Shown one piece after another: positions 30,124 to 43,987 of a stretch of DNA of 64,000 nucleotides. Every line of letters begins with the position of its first letter. Within the stretch, counting starts at the first letter, position 1. Below the pieces are notes generated by a model, which had not been told where the DNA came from, ran no database searches, and was given only the letters and a program-made list of their open reading frames with translations. This DNA is from Eledone cirrhosa (lineage: Eukaryota): positions 1 through 64,000 of the forward strand of contig CAXHJY010000976.1 of assembly GCA_964016885.1 (NCBI GenBank), written 5' to 3'. Position numbers and translations under genes: made by a program.

Positions 30124-30600
30124 GTGTGTAGGTGTGTATATTTATGTATGAACGGCTATATTATGTGTGCGTTTATGTATGAAAGGCTATACTATGTGTG
30201 TGTTTATGTACAAAAGGTTATAATGTGTGTGTATTTATGTAAAGGTTACTGTATGCATGTGTTTGTGTATGAAAGGCTACTGTATGTGTGTTTTAATGCA
30301 GTCTGTTCTGAGGATCATCTTAACTTCAGTTAGGTTTATCTTCTTTAGAAAATTCTGTAGATGTATGTTTGTGTATGAAGGACTATTGTATGTGTGTTTG
30401 TGTATGAAGGACTATTGTATGTGTGTTTGTGTATGTGTTTGTACAGATGGTTTCACAATGTAATTCTGTGTGTTTTTATATGGAACGTTACTTATATGTG
30501 TGTATGTTAGCATATGAAAGGCACATGTGTTTGTGTGTGTATATGAAGGGCTATTTATATGTGATTCTGTGTGTTTATATATGAAGGTCTTCTCAATGTG
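30124..30600. repeat. Degenerate ~30-bp minisatellite
   Basis: Repeats of tgtgtgtttgtgtatgaaaggctactgta. Confidence 0.7.
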
Positions 30601-30635
30601 ATTATGTATGTATATATATATATATCAAAAACTTT

Positions 30636-30669
<34 letters not shown>

Positions 30670-33600
30670 AACAACTATATTACAACTACACCAAAACAGC
30701 ATCAAAGCAAGTCATGTCTAAAGTTCACAAATTCCAATAACAGAGAATTCCAGAATGTTGAAACTCAGTAACATTAACACTAGAAAGTTTGGACAACTTT
30801 TTTAAATAATGACAAAATTCCATAAGTCTGAAAGTTCGAAGTCCAACTTGTTAGAATTGCAGTCTGACTGACAACTCATAAAAATTTAAACATGGAAAAT
30901 GTTTTTGGTTTTGTTTTAATTTTATTTCTCATTGACATAATTGTTTTATTTATTTTATCTGGTCTTTTCTATTTTTTCTGATGATTTATGATTTTATCTT
31001 CTTTATTTTGTATGGGTTCTCTTCAACTTCTCTAAATCTTCTCTCTTCATCTTTCTCTCTCTCTGTATTTCTCTCCTTCCTGCCTCTTCCTCACTCTAAT
31101 CTGTCTGTTCTGTAGTAGTGTGTACTAAAGGGTCTTTTTTTTAACAAAGGGAGTTGCACAGATAAAAAAGGATGTATGTGTGTGATCATAATAGATAGCT
31201 GTGCTATATGTGTGTGTGTGTGTGTGTGTGTAATGTATTGCCAAAGGGCATGCTGTGTGGGCTGGGAGGAATGTGATGTGTGTTTGTGAACATCATACCA
31301 ATAGCAAGGTAAACCTCAACTTTGCTTTGTTATATGTATATATATTATTTGTGTACAGACACATATATTTACAGTAGAGAATTCAGCCCCTAGCCACAGG
31401 TTTAAATGAAATATTTTAATTCTGTCTTGTGACCCCTGTCATGCAGTGTGTGTATGTGAGAAGATGTATGTATGTGTGCATGTGTTTGAATGTGTGTGTT
31501 ATCAAACCCCCCCTCCTTTCTCTCTCTCTCTCTCTCTCTGTATGTTTGAAGGTGTATGTGTGTGTGAGAATGTTTAAAGGTGTATGTATATATATATATG
31601 TTCTCTTCTCTTTTTCCCTCACTATGCACACATATGTATGCCATTTTATTCTTTTATTGTATTCAAACTTTAGCGAGTGTTCATGTTGAGGCATTGCCTT
31701 GATTTACTCAATCATATCATTCCAAGTATCTAATGTTTCATGTCTGCTGCTCATTTTATTGATCTGTAGTTTCCATCTATGAAATTCCACTCACAAATCA
31801 TTAGTCAGTCTTAGAGTACAGTAGAAAACACTTGCCTAAGGTGCCATGCATTGGGACGGAACCTAGAATGATATGGTTGTACAGCAAACTCCTTAACCAC
31901 TTGGCCATGTCTGCACCCATCTAGATGTTCAGGGTCAATTGATAGTAAGAGTGCCAATTATGAAATAAATATATAAACCAAATGCACAGCACACAGCTCA
32001 CAAAAACAAGATGGTGTAGGACATAACAAAGAAAAGACAAAAATATCAAATTAGTCACTGAGGAGGTCACAGAATTTGTGATGAAAGAGCTTTGACAGTA
32101 AACAAACAACCATCTGGTTATTTAATTTTCCATGCTCACATAGGTTATTACATTTTGTTTTGGCTTGGTTTCTACAGCTGGATGCCCTTCCTAATGCCAA
32201 CCACTTTACAGCGTGTACTGGGAGCATGTTTTCTATGGTTGGATGCCCTTCATAATGCCAACCACTTTACAACATGTACTGGGAGTATGGTTTCTATGGC
32301 TGGGTGCCTTTCCTAACACCAATCACTTTACAGCATGTACTGGCAGCATTTTATCATGACTCTGGCACTAGCACTTTTAAAGCGTAGACTGGCTGCTTTT
32401 CATTGTGGTACCAGCACATATAAATAAATATATATATATGTATATATCAATCTGAAAATATATTCTAGAATGCTCTTTTGAAGATTTTTCTCAAAGATTT
32501 TGTCTTCTTGGTTGTGTGATGCTGTTGGAGGATGAGTAAATGAATAAAACTATTTGCATGAGTTGGTGAAAGAGCAACCCTGTAGAATGCATGATGTTGA
32601 TTTAAGAAACCATAATTCTTTTAATACCTAGCCTCATGAAATCTATTATGGTTTTATATATCTAAAACTCATCCAACATGATGTCATATAAGAACATTTT
32701 TTAAGTTATGCTCTAAACACTAACCTAATAATGAGAAAATTAGTTATATTACAAAATCACTCCAACTTCTTTATTATTTTCAAGATGTTTTGAAAATTGC
32801 AGGCACTATCTTTCATTTAAAGTATGGTAACAAAAATATTAAAGTTTTTATATTTATCTGCAGACCTTCTATCATAATTTTATATAAGAACATTTATGTT
32901 ATGCTCTAGACACTAACTTGATAATAAGAAAGCTATAATACAAAATCCCTCCAAAATCTTGATTATTTTCAAAATTATTTGAAAATCATAGACTGTGACT
33001 TTCAATAGAAACATGATAACAAAAGGGTTATATTAATTTTCTTCTGAGTCAACATACAGCACTGATTCAAGTTCATATAGATTTAGTAATACAACTGTTT
33101 TTAATTGTTATGACAAACTCATGAGTTATGATGTTGTAGCTAGTGTCTTAGTTATTTCTCATATTTGTCTGTAGACCATTCAGTTAGTATTTAGGTAATT
33201 TAAATATAATTAATATTTCTTATTCAAGCATTGGTGTGAACCATTTTCTAAGTTGGAGTCAGTTAAGAAACACTTCCACAGTTCATTTCCTCACTCATAT
33301 TTTCTATGGAACAAATTTTGATTTAAAGCTGGTAAATGTCTCAGATGAATTTCAGAAAACTTAGCATCTCACTTACATACAAACATACATATAACTACTA
33401 CATTACTGCTTTCACTCATTGTCAGGTATGGCTTTGTAGTATGTAACAAACTTTCGCTAAGGTTTTTAGGTGCCCATTCAGCTGAGCATCCAGGATGTGA
33501 CAGCTGAAAGGCAAGAGGGCTGCACCACCACCAGGACTGGTACCTCCTTTATTGACATCAGAAGGATGAAAAGCACATTGAACCATAGTGGGATTTGAAC

Positions 33601-33944
33601 TCAGAATGCAGAGATTTGGAATAAATATTGAATTCCCAAATACTCTGTCTAACCAATTCTAGCATGGAAAATGCTTATATAGGACTGGTTTGGATTTCTA
33701 CGGCTGGATGCCCTTCCTAACACCAACCACATTTACAGTGTGTGCTGGATGCTTTTTGTCGTGACACCTACATAACCACTTTACAGTGTGGGCTGGGCGT
33801 TTTTTGTTGTGACACCTACACGACCACTTTACAGAGTGGGCTGAACGATTTTTGCCTTGATACCTACACAGCCACTTTACAGTTTGGACTAGGCGCTTAT
33901 TGTCATGACACCTACTCGACCACTTTACAGTGTATATATGTATG

Positions 33945-34983
33945 TCATCATCATCATCATCATCATCACCGTTTTACGTCCGTTCTTCCACGCTAGCATG
34001 GGTTAGACGGGTTGTCCTGTTGTGGGCAGTGTCTGGTCGGCTGACCATGCCTTGCTCATACAGGAACTGATCTGGCTTGATTTCTACAGCTGGATGCCCT
34101 TCCTAACACCAACCTCATTTACAGTGAGTGCTGGGTGCTTTTTCGTGGCGCCTACACGTCCACTTTACAGTGTGGGCTGGGTGCTTTTTTGCCGTGGCAC
34201 CTCCACGGCCACCTTGCGGTGGGGGGGGGGGGGCATATTGTTTATATGCTTCAGCATGTACCCATGGGAGGTCGGGTACCCTGTATTACTGCGTGACGCC
34301 AGAAGTCACGGTCGTGTGTCATTGACTTTGAGAGGTGTAGTTGGGTAAGGTCGGCTTTTATCACCTCATCCCAAGTCATCTTGGGTCTCCCCACTCCGCG
34401 GTTTCCATCAACTTCTAGTGCTCTGCACCTTTTTATGCAGCTGTCATCCTTCATACGCATCACATGTCCATACCAGCGTAACCGCCTCTCCTGCACGCAG
34501 CATTTGATTCCTCTTATGCTCAGTCTCTCTCTCAATTCCTTTATGCTTTGTCGTTCACGTATATTACTGTTACACATCCATCGGAGCATGCAGGCTTCGT
34601 TTCTCTCTAATCTACGTAAGTCTTCCACCTTCAGCGCCCAGGTCTCACTACCATGCAACATCGATGTTCGGATACACGCATCATACAGTCTGCCTTTCAT
34701 TCTGAGGGAGAAGCCTTTTGCAGCTAGCAGTGGTAGTAGTTCCCTAAACTTCTTCCATCCCGTTCTTACCCTAGTTATTGTACTTTCTGAGCACCCACCT
34801 CCGTTGCTAATTCGGTCACCTAGGTAGCAGAAGCTGTCTACTGTTTCTACAGGGCCCTCCCAGAGATTGGTGGTACTTGTTTCCTGTGGCTGTTTGCTTG
34901 CTGTTTCAGCACAGCTGCTGCATGTGAATCCTACATTCTTAATTAAGCTTCCTGAGATCCCGCTACATCTCTTGTGTACCCAT
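33945..34983 (-). mobile_element. 5'-truncated RTE LINE of a sister subfamily (partial PHD + RT C-terminus)
   Basis: WVHKRCSGISGSLIKNVGFTCSSC...KGRLYDACIRTSMLHGSETW...RRLRWYGHV; (GAT)n tail. Confidence 0.88.
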
Positions 34984-35251
34984 TGTATATATGTATATAT
35001 ATGTATGATATGTATATATATATATATGTATGATATGTATATATATATATATATATTTTATATATACTCTGATGTTGCATATATAACATATACTAATGTT
35101 GTCTTTTATTTTTTTATTGCTTCTTTAATTTCAGGAACTTGTGCATTACATTAATATGACAGCTGTGAATCACAGCAATATTATGACAGCAGGAATAATG
35201 CATTGAAATATCGCAACACATTGTCTGGGCAACGGCATTTCAGATGCAGTG

Positions 35252-35546
35252 ATGGATTTCTGGTCATACTTCCATGTGAACATCTCGACCGTAGCACCAG
35301 GGGTGTATAACTATGTATCTATGCTGGACATTAACTACATGCGATGGGTACTCTGGCTGGTCTACCCAATCATCATATCTTTCCTTCTACCCCTTATCCT
35401 TGCATTCTGTCTCATGGCTTCCATACTCTTCCTTCATTTCTATAAATACCGACATGGCCTACGCCAGGCATATGCTCGAGACTTCTGGCATGGGGCTCGC
35501 CAGAGTCTAGCTGTGCTATGGGATTTCCATGGCTATATATGGCACA
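35252..35546 (+). CDS. TMEM68: TMEM68 acyltransferase, coding exon 1
   Basis: TM segment then FLHFYK...AYARDFWHGARQSLAVLWDFHGYIWH, resembling vertebrate TMEM68; gtaagc donor. All nine exons join in phase to 969 nt (322 aa). Confidence 0.92.
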
Positions 35547-35769
35547 GTAAGCATTTCTTCATTTGATTCTTTCTTTATCTTTAACCTTTTTCTGTTTTTA
35601 GTGATAGTGGATGTAATATGATTGGGAATATATATGTGTGTGTGTATGTGTATGTATGTGTATACATATAAATGAAAGAGCGACAGTAATTTTGTTGCCT
35701 CTTTCTTTCCCTTTCTGTTCAGTGTATTTTACACCCTTTCCCTTTTTTCAATACTTTACCTTCTCCTCT

Positions 35770-35878
<109 letters not shown>

Positions 35879-36137
35879 TGTAGCCTTTTCTGTATCAGTT
35901 CTTATAAATGTCTCATAACGTGTATAGATGTCATTATCATCATCGTTTTTATGTCTACTGTTTATGTTTATCTTAGTTCTAATAACAGATGTTCCAGAGG
36001 CAGTTTACTGTATCCTCTCTCTCTCTTCCTTCTCCCACTTATTTTTTGTTTCTCTCTCTCTCACCATGATATCTCCTCTGTCCTGCTCTCTCGTTCTCTC
36101 TAGCTCAGTGTATTCTCTCTCTATCTATATCACACAG

Positions 36138-36305
36138 GTTATGAAGTGGAAGGTTCTGAGAATGTTCCCAGTTCAGGTCCAGCCCTTCTCATCTATTACC
36201 ATGGTGTTATTCCTATTGATGTCTACTATGTCATGGCCAGCTGTATCATCCATAAAGGTCGCACCATCCGTGCCATCGGAGACAGATTTCTGTTTAAATT
36301 ACCAT
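36138..36305 (+). CDS. TMEM68: TMEM68 coding exon 2 (catalytic HxxxxD: YHGVIPID)
   Basis: YEVEGSENVPSSGPALLIYYHGVIPIDVYY...GDRFLFKLP; AG/GT boundaries. Confidence 0.93.
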
Positions 36306-37200
36306 GTAATCACATTTCTTCATTCCATAATTCATGTACCAAACACTGGTTTTATAGCATATACAGAAGACATTCTTTGCCTTCCAACTTATTGCTTTGT
36401 TTCTTATCTAAATTGTTTCTTTAACAAGGGACATATTGCCCAAAATATCAAGAGGTATTTTGTCTTTTACTCTATTGATTCTACAAATAATAATTTCTTA
36501 TATAAATAAAAGGTCAGATATTTTTAGGAGGTGAGGTTCTTAAACTGGTGCTTATTTTATCAAACCAGGATAAAAGGATAGAGAGGACTCTTCAGTTGTA
36601 TCAAGGACATGACTACCTCCTTCATGTTGGTTGCATGATAAATACACCCAGATTACTCTGTAAACTGGTTGAGAATAAGAAGGGCTTCTAACCATGGAAT
36701 AATTGCCAAACACTGGGTTGTAAAGACTCTTCAGCTGTGTCAAAAAAATGATAACCTCCTTATTGCTTGTGCTATGATGAAATGCATCCTTGGCATCCTG
36801 TAGAGATGCAGCCTCCAGCCCCTCTGAGAAGTCTATAGATTAAGTACTGATTTAGTCTATGATGACTTGTCCAACCCTTGCTAGCAGCGAAAATGATTGT
36901 TAAATGATAGTGATGATGATGATGGATAGATGAAAAAAAGGGTTGAAAACATGATACAGTAAGTAATCTATATTATAACTGTACAGCCTTTTTATCTACC
37001 TGTCACACTGTCTAAAATTTTGATTTAGAATTCATAGAGTAAAATACCTAGCTTTGTCAAAATTTGGTAAAGAAACTGAATATTATTTATTCTGTCCCTA
37101 AAACAATTTATGTACTAGTAGTATTAATAAATGTAGAATGCTGTATGAAATATGTAAATTCCATGTGGGTTATCTCAGTAACAATTCTATCTTGTCGCAG

Positions 37201-37299
37201 TTGTGAGGATCTTGATGGAAGCTTTCAAAGTGTCTCCTGGTACAGTCCAGAGTTGTATAAACTTACTGAATGAAGGACATATTTTAGCAATAGCTCCAG
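37201..37299 (+). CDS. TMEM68: TMEM68 coding exon 3
   Basis: VRILMEAFKVSPGTVQSCINLLNEGHILAIAP; AG/GT boundaries, phase consistent. Confidence 0.9.
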
Positions 37300-38446
37300 G
37301 TAAAGTACCAATTATTTATACTGTTTTTATATGTTTATAATGGTGTTTAGTTTTTTCTTTTTTATAATAATAATAATAATAGTAATAATGATTTATAATT
37401 TAGGTACAAATCCAGAAATTTGGGGGAAAGAGAGTCAATAATATCAACTCCATTTCTTAACCGGAGCTTAATTTTATCAATCCTGGGAAGATAAAAGGCA
37501 AACTTGATCTTAGCAGGATTTGAACTCAGAATTTAAAATATTGTAACTAAATGCCACAAGGCATTTTGTTTGATGCTCTATTGATGCAACCAATCCACCA
37601 CCCTAATGATAATAGTAATAATGACTATAATAGATGTCCTGGGAATAATAAAAGAAATCACAAACATATACATAACCAAAACTCCTGGAAATACAAATGT
37701 ATGCAATATACAGGACATAACACTATTAGGCGCTGCACACATATTACGTACCTCATGACCTACACACATATATACAGCACACAGAAAATTGCATTACTAG
37801 GCAGTGCACACACATAGAGAGTATTTTCAATACAATAGAAACAACACCAAAAACAACACTGCACATATTCATGGCATACAGAACTCTACTTGGTAAAGCA
37901 GTTACAGCATATAATAAAAATAGGGCTAATGATAATAATAATAATGGTTTCTAATTTAGGTACAAGGCCAGAAATTTGTGGAGAGGGAAAAGTTGATTAA
38001 ATCTAGCACAGTACTAGACATGCTCTTTATTTTATCAACCCCAGGATAATGTAAGGCAAAGTATTTAATAGAATGCTTTGCAGTATTTAGTCATGGCTTT
38101 TTACATGGGGTTCAAATCCCACTGAGGTAAACTTTGCCTTTCATCCTTTCGGGGGTCAATAAGATAAAGTACTAGTCATGTATTGGGGTTGATATAATCA
38201 ACTCCCTCACCCCTACAAATTCTTGGACTTGTGCCTTTATTAGAAACCATTATTTAAGGGTGGTTGATTGGCAGAATCATTAGAGCATCAGACAAAATTC
38301 TTTGTGGCATTTAGTTACATCTCTTAACATTCTGAATTCAAATCCTGCCAGGGTCAACTTTACCTATCATCCTTTCTAGGGTTGATAAAATAAAGTACTT
38401 GTCAAGTACTAGGGTTGATTTCATTGACTTTCCCTTCCCTCTAAAT

Positions 38447-38951
38447 CAGGGTTTCCCAACCTGGGCGATATCGCCCACCGGTGGGCGATTTCAACTATCG
38501 GGTGGGTGATGAACGAATTTTTAGGAAATGGTGGGCGACAAAGGATTTTCGGTAATTAAGTATGTTATTGATCATATAATGGCCGGTATGCTGTAATCAC
38601 AGAGCTCGGATTTGCTCTTCCCTAGTGTGTCTGCACTAGCTGCGTCACATCAGCCTCAAGGATCACACTGAAAACTAAACATGGTGAGTTTGTTGAACAT
38701 TTAATACATGTATCATTTTTCAATTTTGTTTCATTGAGAAACATTTAGCAATCAAAAACTTCTTCTGAATAACGTTTCAACTCCGAATGCCCATTTTTCA
38801 ATATTTCATCTCAATAAATATTTCATTTTTTAAGCAACCATTCTGAAAAATGCTTTATTTTTGCGTCCTTAAAATTACTGCACAGGTGGGCGATGGGAAT
38901 TTTTGTGTGTGGAAAAGTGGGCGATAACGACAAAAAGTTTGGGAACCCCTG
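38447..38951. mobile_element. hAT (Charlie/Buster-like) MITE inserted into a SINE
   Basis: TIRs CAGGGTTTCCCAA / TTTGGGAACCCCTG; perfect 8-bp TSD ctctaaat; subterminal tgggcga repeats. Confidence 0.9.
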
Positions 38952-39083
38952 CTCTAAATTGTTGGCTTTGAGCCAATGTTAGAAAGAATAATTATTGAAA
39001 AAGCTACCTGTTCAGTCCTTTATTCTGGTGTATTTCTTTCATACATTAGACAAGTTGTGATTTTACCTTTAATCTAATAACAG

Positions 39084-39178
39084 GTGGTGTTAGGGAGGCC
39101 CTCTTTGGCGATGAATATTACCAAATAATCTGGAGCAAAAGAGTTGGTTTTGCTAAAGTTGCACTCAAGGCTAATGTG
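39084..39178 (+). CDS. TMEM68: TMEM68 coding exon 4
   Basis: GGVREALFGDEYYQIIWSKRVGFAKVALKANV (PGGxREA and RxGFA motifs). Confidence 0.93.
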
Positions 39179-39366
39179 GTGAGTTCATCTCTTTCATATG
39201 CCCATCCTTTCTCTTTCACATTCTCTCTCTTTCACTCTCTATTGCAGCCTATTATATGAATGCTTACTCACATTTTCTCTCTCTATTGCAGCCTATTATA
39301 CCAATGTTCACTCACACTCTCATCTCTTTCACACTCATATATTCTCTCATCCTCTCTCTATTGCAG

Positions 39367-39430
39367 CCTATTATACCAATGTTCACTCAAAACATCCGAG
39401 AAACATTCCGAACTCCAGCTTGGAGTAGAA
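39367..39430 (+). CDS. TMEM68: TMEM68 coding exon 5
   Basis: PIIPMFTQNIRETFRTPAWSR; gtaagt donor. Confidence 0.9.
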
Positions 39431-40119
39431 GTAAGTCCACTCAGTACATCATTCTACAGTTTCTTTATCATACTAGAGGAGCTGTGCTATCGTTAATGAC
39501 AGTAATAATGTTGAACATATTTAACTTTTGAAAGCTCCCAGCCTACTCTGTAAAGTGGTCGTGTAGGTGTCACGACAAAAGCATCCGGCCCTCACTGCAA
39601 AGTGGTCATGTGACACGACAAAAGTGTGCAGCCTACACTGTAAAGTGATCATGTAGGTGACATGACAAAAAGCACGCAGCATACATTGTAAATGAGGTTG
39701 GTGTTAAGAAACCAAGTCAAAACCAGTTCTGTATGAGCAAGTCATGGTCATCTGACCTGGCTTGTCTCACAACAGGACAACTTGTTTGACCCAAGCTAGC
39801 ATGGAAAAGTGGACATTAAACAGTGTTGATGATGATGAAGTCCGGAATTTATATGCCATATATACCAGGATTGCAGATATATTAATATTTGCTAGATGAT
39901 TACTAAACATCTTATCAAAACTGTGTGAGAGAGATAGGTAGGGGGGAATATATCAAATTACCATTTCTCTGTCAAAGTTAACACACTGGTTGTCACTTCA
40001 CCTTGAGTTTTCTTATTAAAAAATGAGCTAAGGGAAATAGCTCAAATATCAACAATTAACAGTGTAATCATCATTATCACTGTAAAGATGTGGTTAGTAG
40101 TGTGTGTGTCTGAATTTAC

Positions 40120-40990
40120 AGAGGTTTTACCACTATTGGCCGCTAAAGGTTTCTCTCTAAAAATGAAAGGCAGACTGTAATATGCCTGCATATGAACAGC
40201 TATGTTACATGGCAGTGAGACATGGGCATTGTGTGCAGAGGATCTGCGCAGACGAGAGGAATGAAGCTTGCATGTTCCGCTGGATGTGTAATAGTAATAT
40301 ACCTGAACAGCAAAGCATAAAGGAACTAAGTGAGAAATTAGGTATAAGAGGGATCAGATGCTGTTTACTCGAGAGAGGACTACATTGGTATGGCCATGTG
40401 ATGCGCATGAAAGATGACAGCTGTATAAAAAAGTGCAGGGCGATCAAAATTGACGGAAGTTATGGAGTAGGCAGACCCAGAAAAACCTGGGACGATTTGA
40501 TAAATTCTGACCTTACACCTCTCTAAGACAATGTCGCTGGACCGAGATCTTGGTGCTACACAGTAATACAGAAAACCCGCCTTGCCTAAGTACAAAGCGA
40601 AATCTACAGTCAGTAGGCACCTCTTAATCAAATATACACCCCCCTCCCACTACCCCAACTCCCCCACCTCCACCCCCATCAACTTCACCCCTTTCTCTGT
40701 AAAGTTATGTTGGTACCACAACACCCAGTACTAAATAAATGAGGTCGTGTAGGTGTCACGACAAAAAAACACACAGTCCACGCTGTAATGTGGCCGTGTA
40801 GGTAACACGGTAAAAACTTCCCAGTCCACACTGTAAATGTGGTTGGTGTTTGGAAGGGCATCCAGCCGTATAAAACCTGCCAGACAGTCCCATACAAGCG
40901 AGACAACCAATCTTGCCTCAAGTGGGACAATTCCCGTCTAAACCCATGCTAGCGTGGAAGATAGACGTTAAACGATGATGATGAGGATGA
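40120..40990 (+). mobile_element. Decayed 3' fragment of the RTE LINE in a TMEM68 intron
   Basis: ERNEACMFRWMC...WYGHVMRMKDD...GRPRKTW plus the shared 3' UTR and (GAT)n tail. Confidence 0.88.
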
Positions 40991-41147
40991 TATATATATA
41001 GACATACACTGTAAAAATGATTGAGTGCAAAGGTTTTGTAGTGGATTTCCGAGTTCAAATCTTGCCAAGATTCACATTGCTTTTCGTCCTTTCAGTGTTG
41101 ATAAAGAAAATACTATAACCTTTATTTATTTCTAAACTTTATATATG

Positions 41148-41621
41148 TGAGGAGGTGCTGAAAAGTTCCTGGCTTTGGGTAAAAGAAAATACAGGATGAT
41201 CAGTTAATTATGGTTTTATTCCACATATTCCCCTCTCAGATACACACACTTATTACAGCAGTCCATCTGTTTTTCTTAGCCCTGTTAAAAGAACTTAGAA
41301 GGTTGGGCCTCCAAACAGGCCTCTGTAGCAGTGATCACTTTCAAATCAGAGTGAAATTTTGTTCTCTTGAGGTCTTTCTTCAGTTGTGGAAAGAGGTGAT
41401 AGTCAGAAGAGGCCAAGTCAGGTGAATGAGGTAGGTGATCTACCAATTTGAAGCCAAAGTTGTGTATTTTCCATAGAGTTTCATGTGGTGTGTGTGCTGG
41501 TGCATTTTCCTGCAAAAACAGGACACCACAGTGTTTCTGCTTCAAAGCTTCATGCAGTTCATTCAACAGTTCTAACCTTTCATGATACCCTTAAAGCCAG
41601 GAACTTTTCACCACCCCCTCG
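41148..41621 (-). mobile_element. Internally deleted Mariner transposon
   Basis: TIRs gaggaggtgctgaaaagttcctggcttt / aaagccaggaacttttcaccaccccctc; peptide FLQENAPAHT...HLPHSPDLASSDYHLF (DD34D domain). Confidence 0.9.
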
Positions 41622-41729
41622 CGTGTGTATGTATATATATATAATGTGTGTGTGTGTGTGTTTGTAGCTCAATGCTCCATAAGGAGCCAAAGGAACTAAA
41701 GATGTAGAAGAATATATTTTCTATTTCAG

Positions 41730-41805
41730 ATATCTTACGAAAACTCTATGAAAAAACACGATGGCCTCTGCTGCCTATTTATGGTGGATTCCCAGTGAAA
41801 TTAAA
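41730..41805 (+). CDS. TMEM68: TMEM68 coding exon 6
   Basis: ILRKLYEKTRWPLLPIYGGFPVKL. Confidence 0.92.
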
Positions 41806-43357
41806 GTAAGTATTTATGTTTCATATATTTATGAGTTACCATGCAATACTGCATGCTAACTTTATCGATTTACTCACCCTTACTCCAACAACTTAAGAGA
41901 AAACTGAATCTTTGAAGGAGGTAAAAAGGTCTCCAGAGTTGTCTTCCATACAAATTACAGTCGAATTACATACTCACAATCGAATATGACGTGTGTATTT
42001 TTCATGCTTTCACTAAGAGTTTTAGGTGCCCATACAGTCGTCAGCAGATGCAGACACCCTCTCAACCCACCCTTCTTTGATCCAGTGGCATTTCCAAGAT
42101 GTGACAGCTGGAAAGAGAGTGGGAAGCACTAGAACTGGACTAGCACTTCCTTTATGGACCCCGAAAGTATGAAAAGCAATGTGAACTTAGAGACCCAGAA
42201 CGAATATCCAAAGCTCTAATGATTAGTCATTCATTAATATTGTTTTTGTTTTTTTACTGTTTATTTGAATTGCAGTGACGATGACCGTCACTCAGGTGGG
42301 ATAACTCTTTTCATGTCCAAGGGGGGTAAATCTCATGTGAGATGCAGCGTGTTGCGACCCGTTTTCTGTCATCTCAGCACGTTAGGCACAACTCCAAGCA
42401 CTGTCACCCATTACGCAATGGAGTAGAAGATAACCTAATATCAGACTTTTAACAACTGTTGTTGTTTTTTTGTGTCTGATGCCATCATGACCTAGTGTTC
42501 CCAGTCTCTCGACTGATGTTTTCCTAAATAAAATTTGAGTGGATTGCATCACGTTTGAGGAAGGAGCCCTGTGATGTGGAATGGCTGGTGTAGCGGTTAT
42601 CTCTGAGTGTTCTCCGTAGGACACAGCTGACATATACCGCCCAGCCAAAAATGTAAAGTTAGCCCACTTTCTTTACCTTTACCTTTTTTATTTAATTTTC
42701 TTTCTCCCTCTTTCCTTTTACTCTTTTTTTTCTCTCCTTGTTTATTTAATTTTTTTTATACTTTCATTATTGTATACTTTTCTTCGCTAATAATACCATT
42801 TGGACTATTACTCTAAAACGAATATTTGAATAAAAATATTTTTACGTACAGATCCTAGCGTAAGGTGTTTATTTTAACGATTCAAAAGTATTTGCATTGA
42901 ACATAAAAAGTAACTGAAAAGAAGTAACTTAACTCCAATAATTTTGGAGTTATCTCCCTTAGTTTCTCGTAATTGATCCACCAAAACAAAGTATAAGATG
43001 CTGTTGTAGAAGTCTGTTTAGGCTGGTTATATATGTTGTTTAAGAATTGCAATCGCAGTAGCTTGTTGTAGCTTTAACTGCTGGAGGAGTCGTAGAGGCA
43101 CCGTCTCGACACACAGCGTCATGGGCATTTTAAACCTCTTTGAGCCCATCACGCTCCTACTCAAATCAGCCGAATTCTTCCAGAGAAAGAAATAGTAACT
43201 GAGCGTTAGAGGAAGAATTGATCCCTGTACTAGACTGATACTTTATTTATCGATCATGGGATTAAAGGCAAAGTTGATCTTGCTTAGCCAGATTTCAACT
43301 CAGAATGGAATTAACTGGAACAAATACCAAGTCATTTTTAATCCTATTATTGTTGTG

Positions 43358-43540
43358 AATTGGCAGTATCGGTAGAGGGTTGGACGCCATGCTTTCTAGC
43401 ATAGTTACGTCCCTTTACAGCCTGAGTTCAAATCCCGCCGAGGTTAACTTTGCCTTTCATCCTTACGGGGTCGATAAAATAAAGTACCAGTAATGTACTG
43501 GGTATTTGCTGGCCTTGTGCCTAAAGTAGAAACAATTATT
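43358..43540 (+). mobile_element. tRNA-derived SINE
   Basis: Same family as 24937 and 27727. Confidence 0.82.
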
Positions 43541-43923
43541 GTTAATACTAGCATGGCTTTTTAATCCATTATTAGCATTTTAATCCATTATTAGCATTAC
43601 TAGCATTTATAATCCATTATTGTTAATACTAGCATGGCTTCTACATATCTGTTTCTATTGCTGCTTGTGGTGTTTAGTTGTGTCTCTCAGTATTACATAA
43701 GTGCCTGTAGTGAATAAGATATAATATTCTACTAAGGAAATTATGTAGGATAGTCTATTCTTTTTTCTGCTACGATGTAACTCTCATCTCTTTATTATTC
43801 TATAAAGCTGAATGATATCCTCGACCTATTCCCTATATGTTTGACTCACTAAAGTAATTAACCAGCAACAGCAGCCAATAAATATATCTTCATTCAAACA
43901 TTTTGTTCCTTTTGTCTTTCTAG

Positions 43924-43987
43924 AACTATCTTTGGTGAACCAATTCATCCTGACCAATCACTAAGTCCAGAAGAATTTGCCAAGAAG
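43924..43987 (+). CDS. TMEM68: TMEM68 coding exon 7
   Basis: TIFGEPIHPDQSLSPEEFAKK. Confidence 0.9.
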
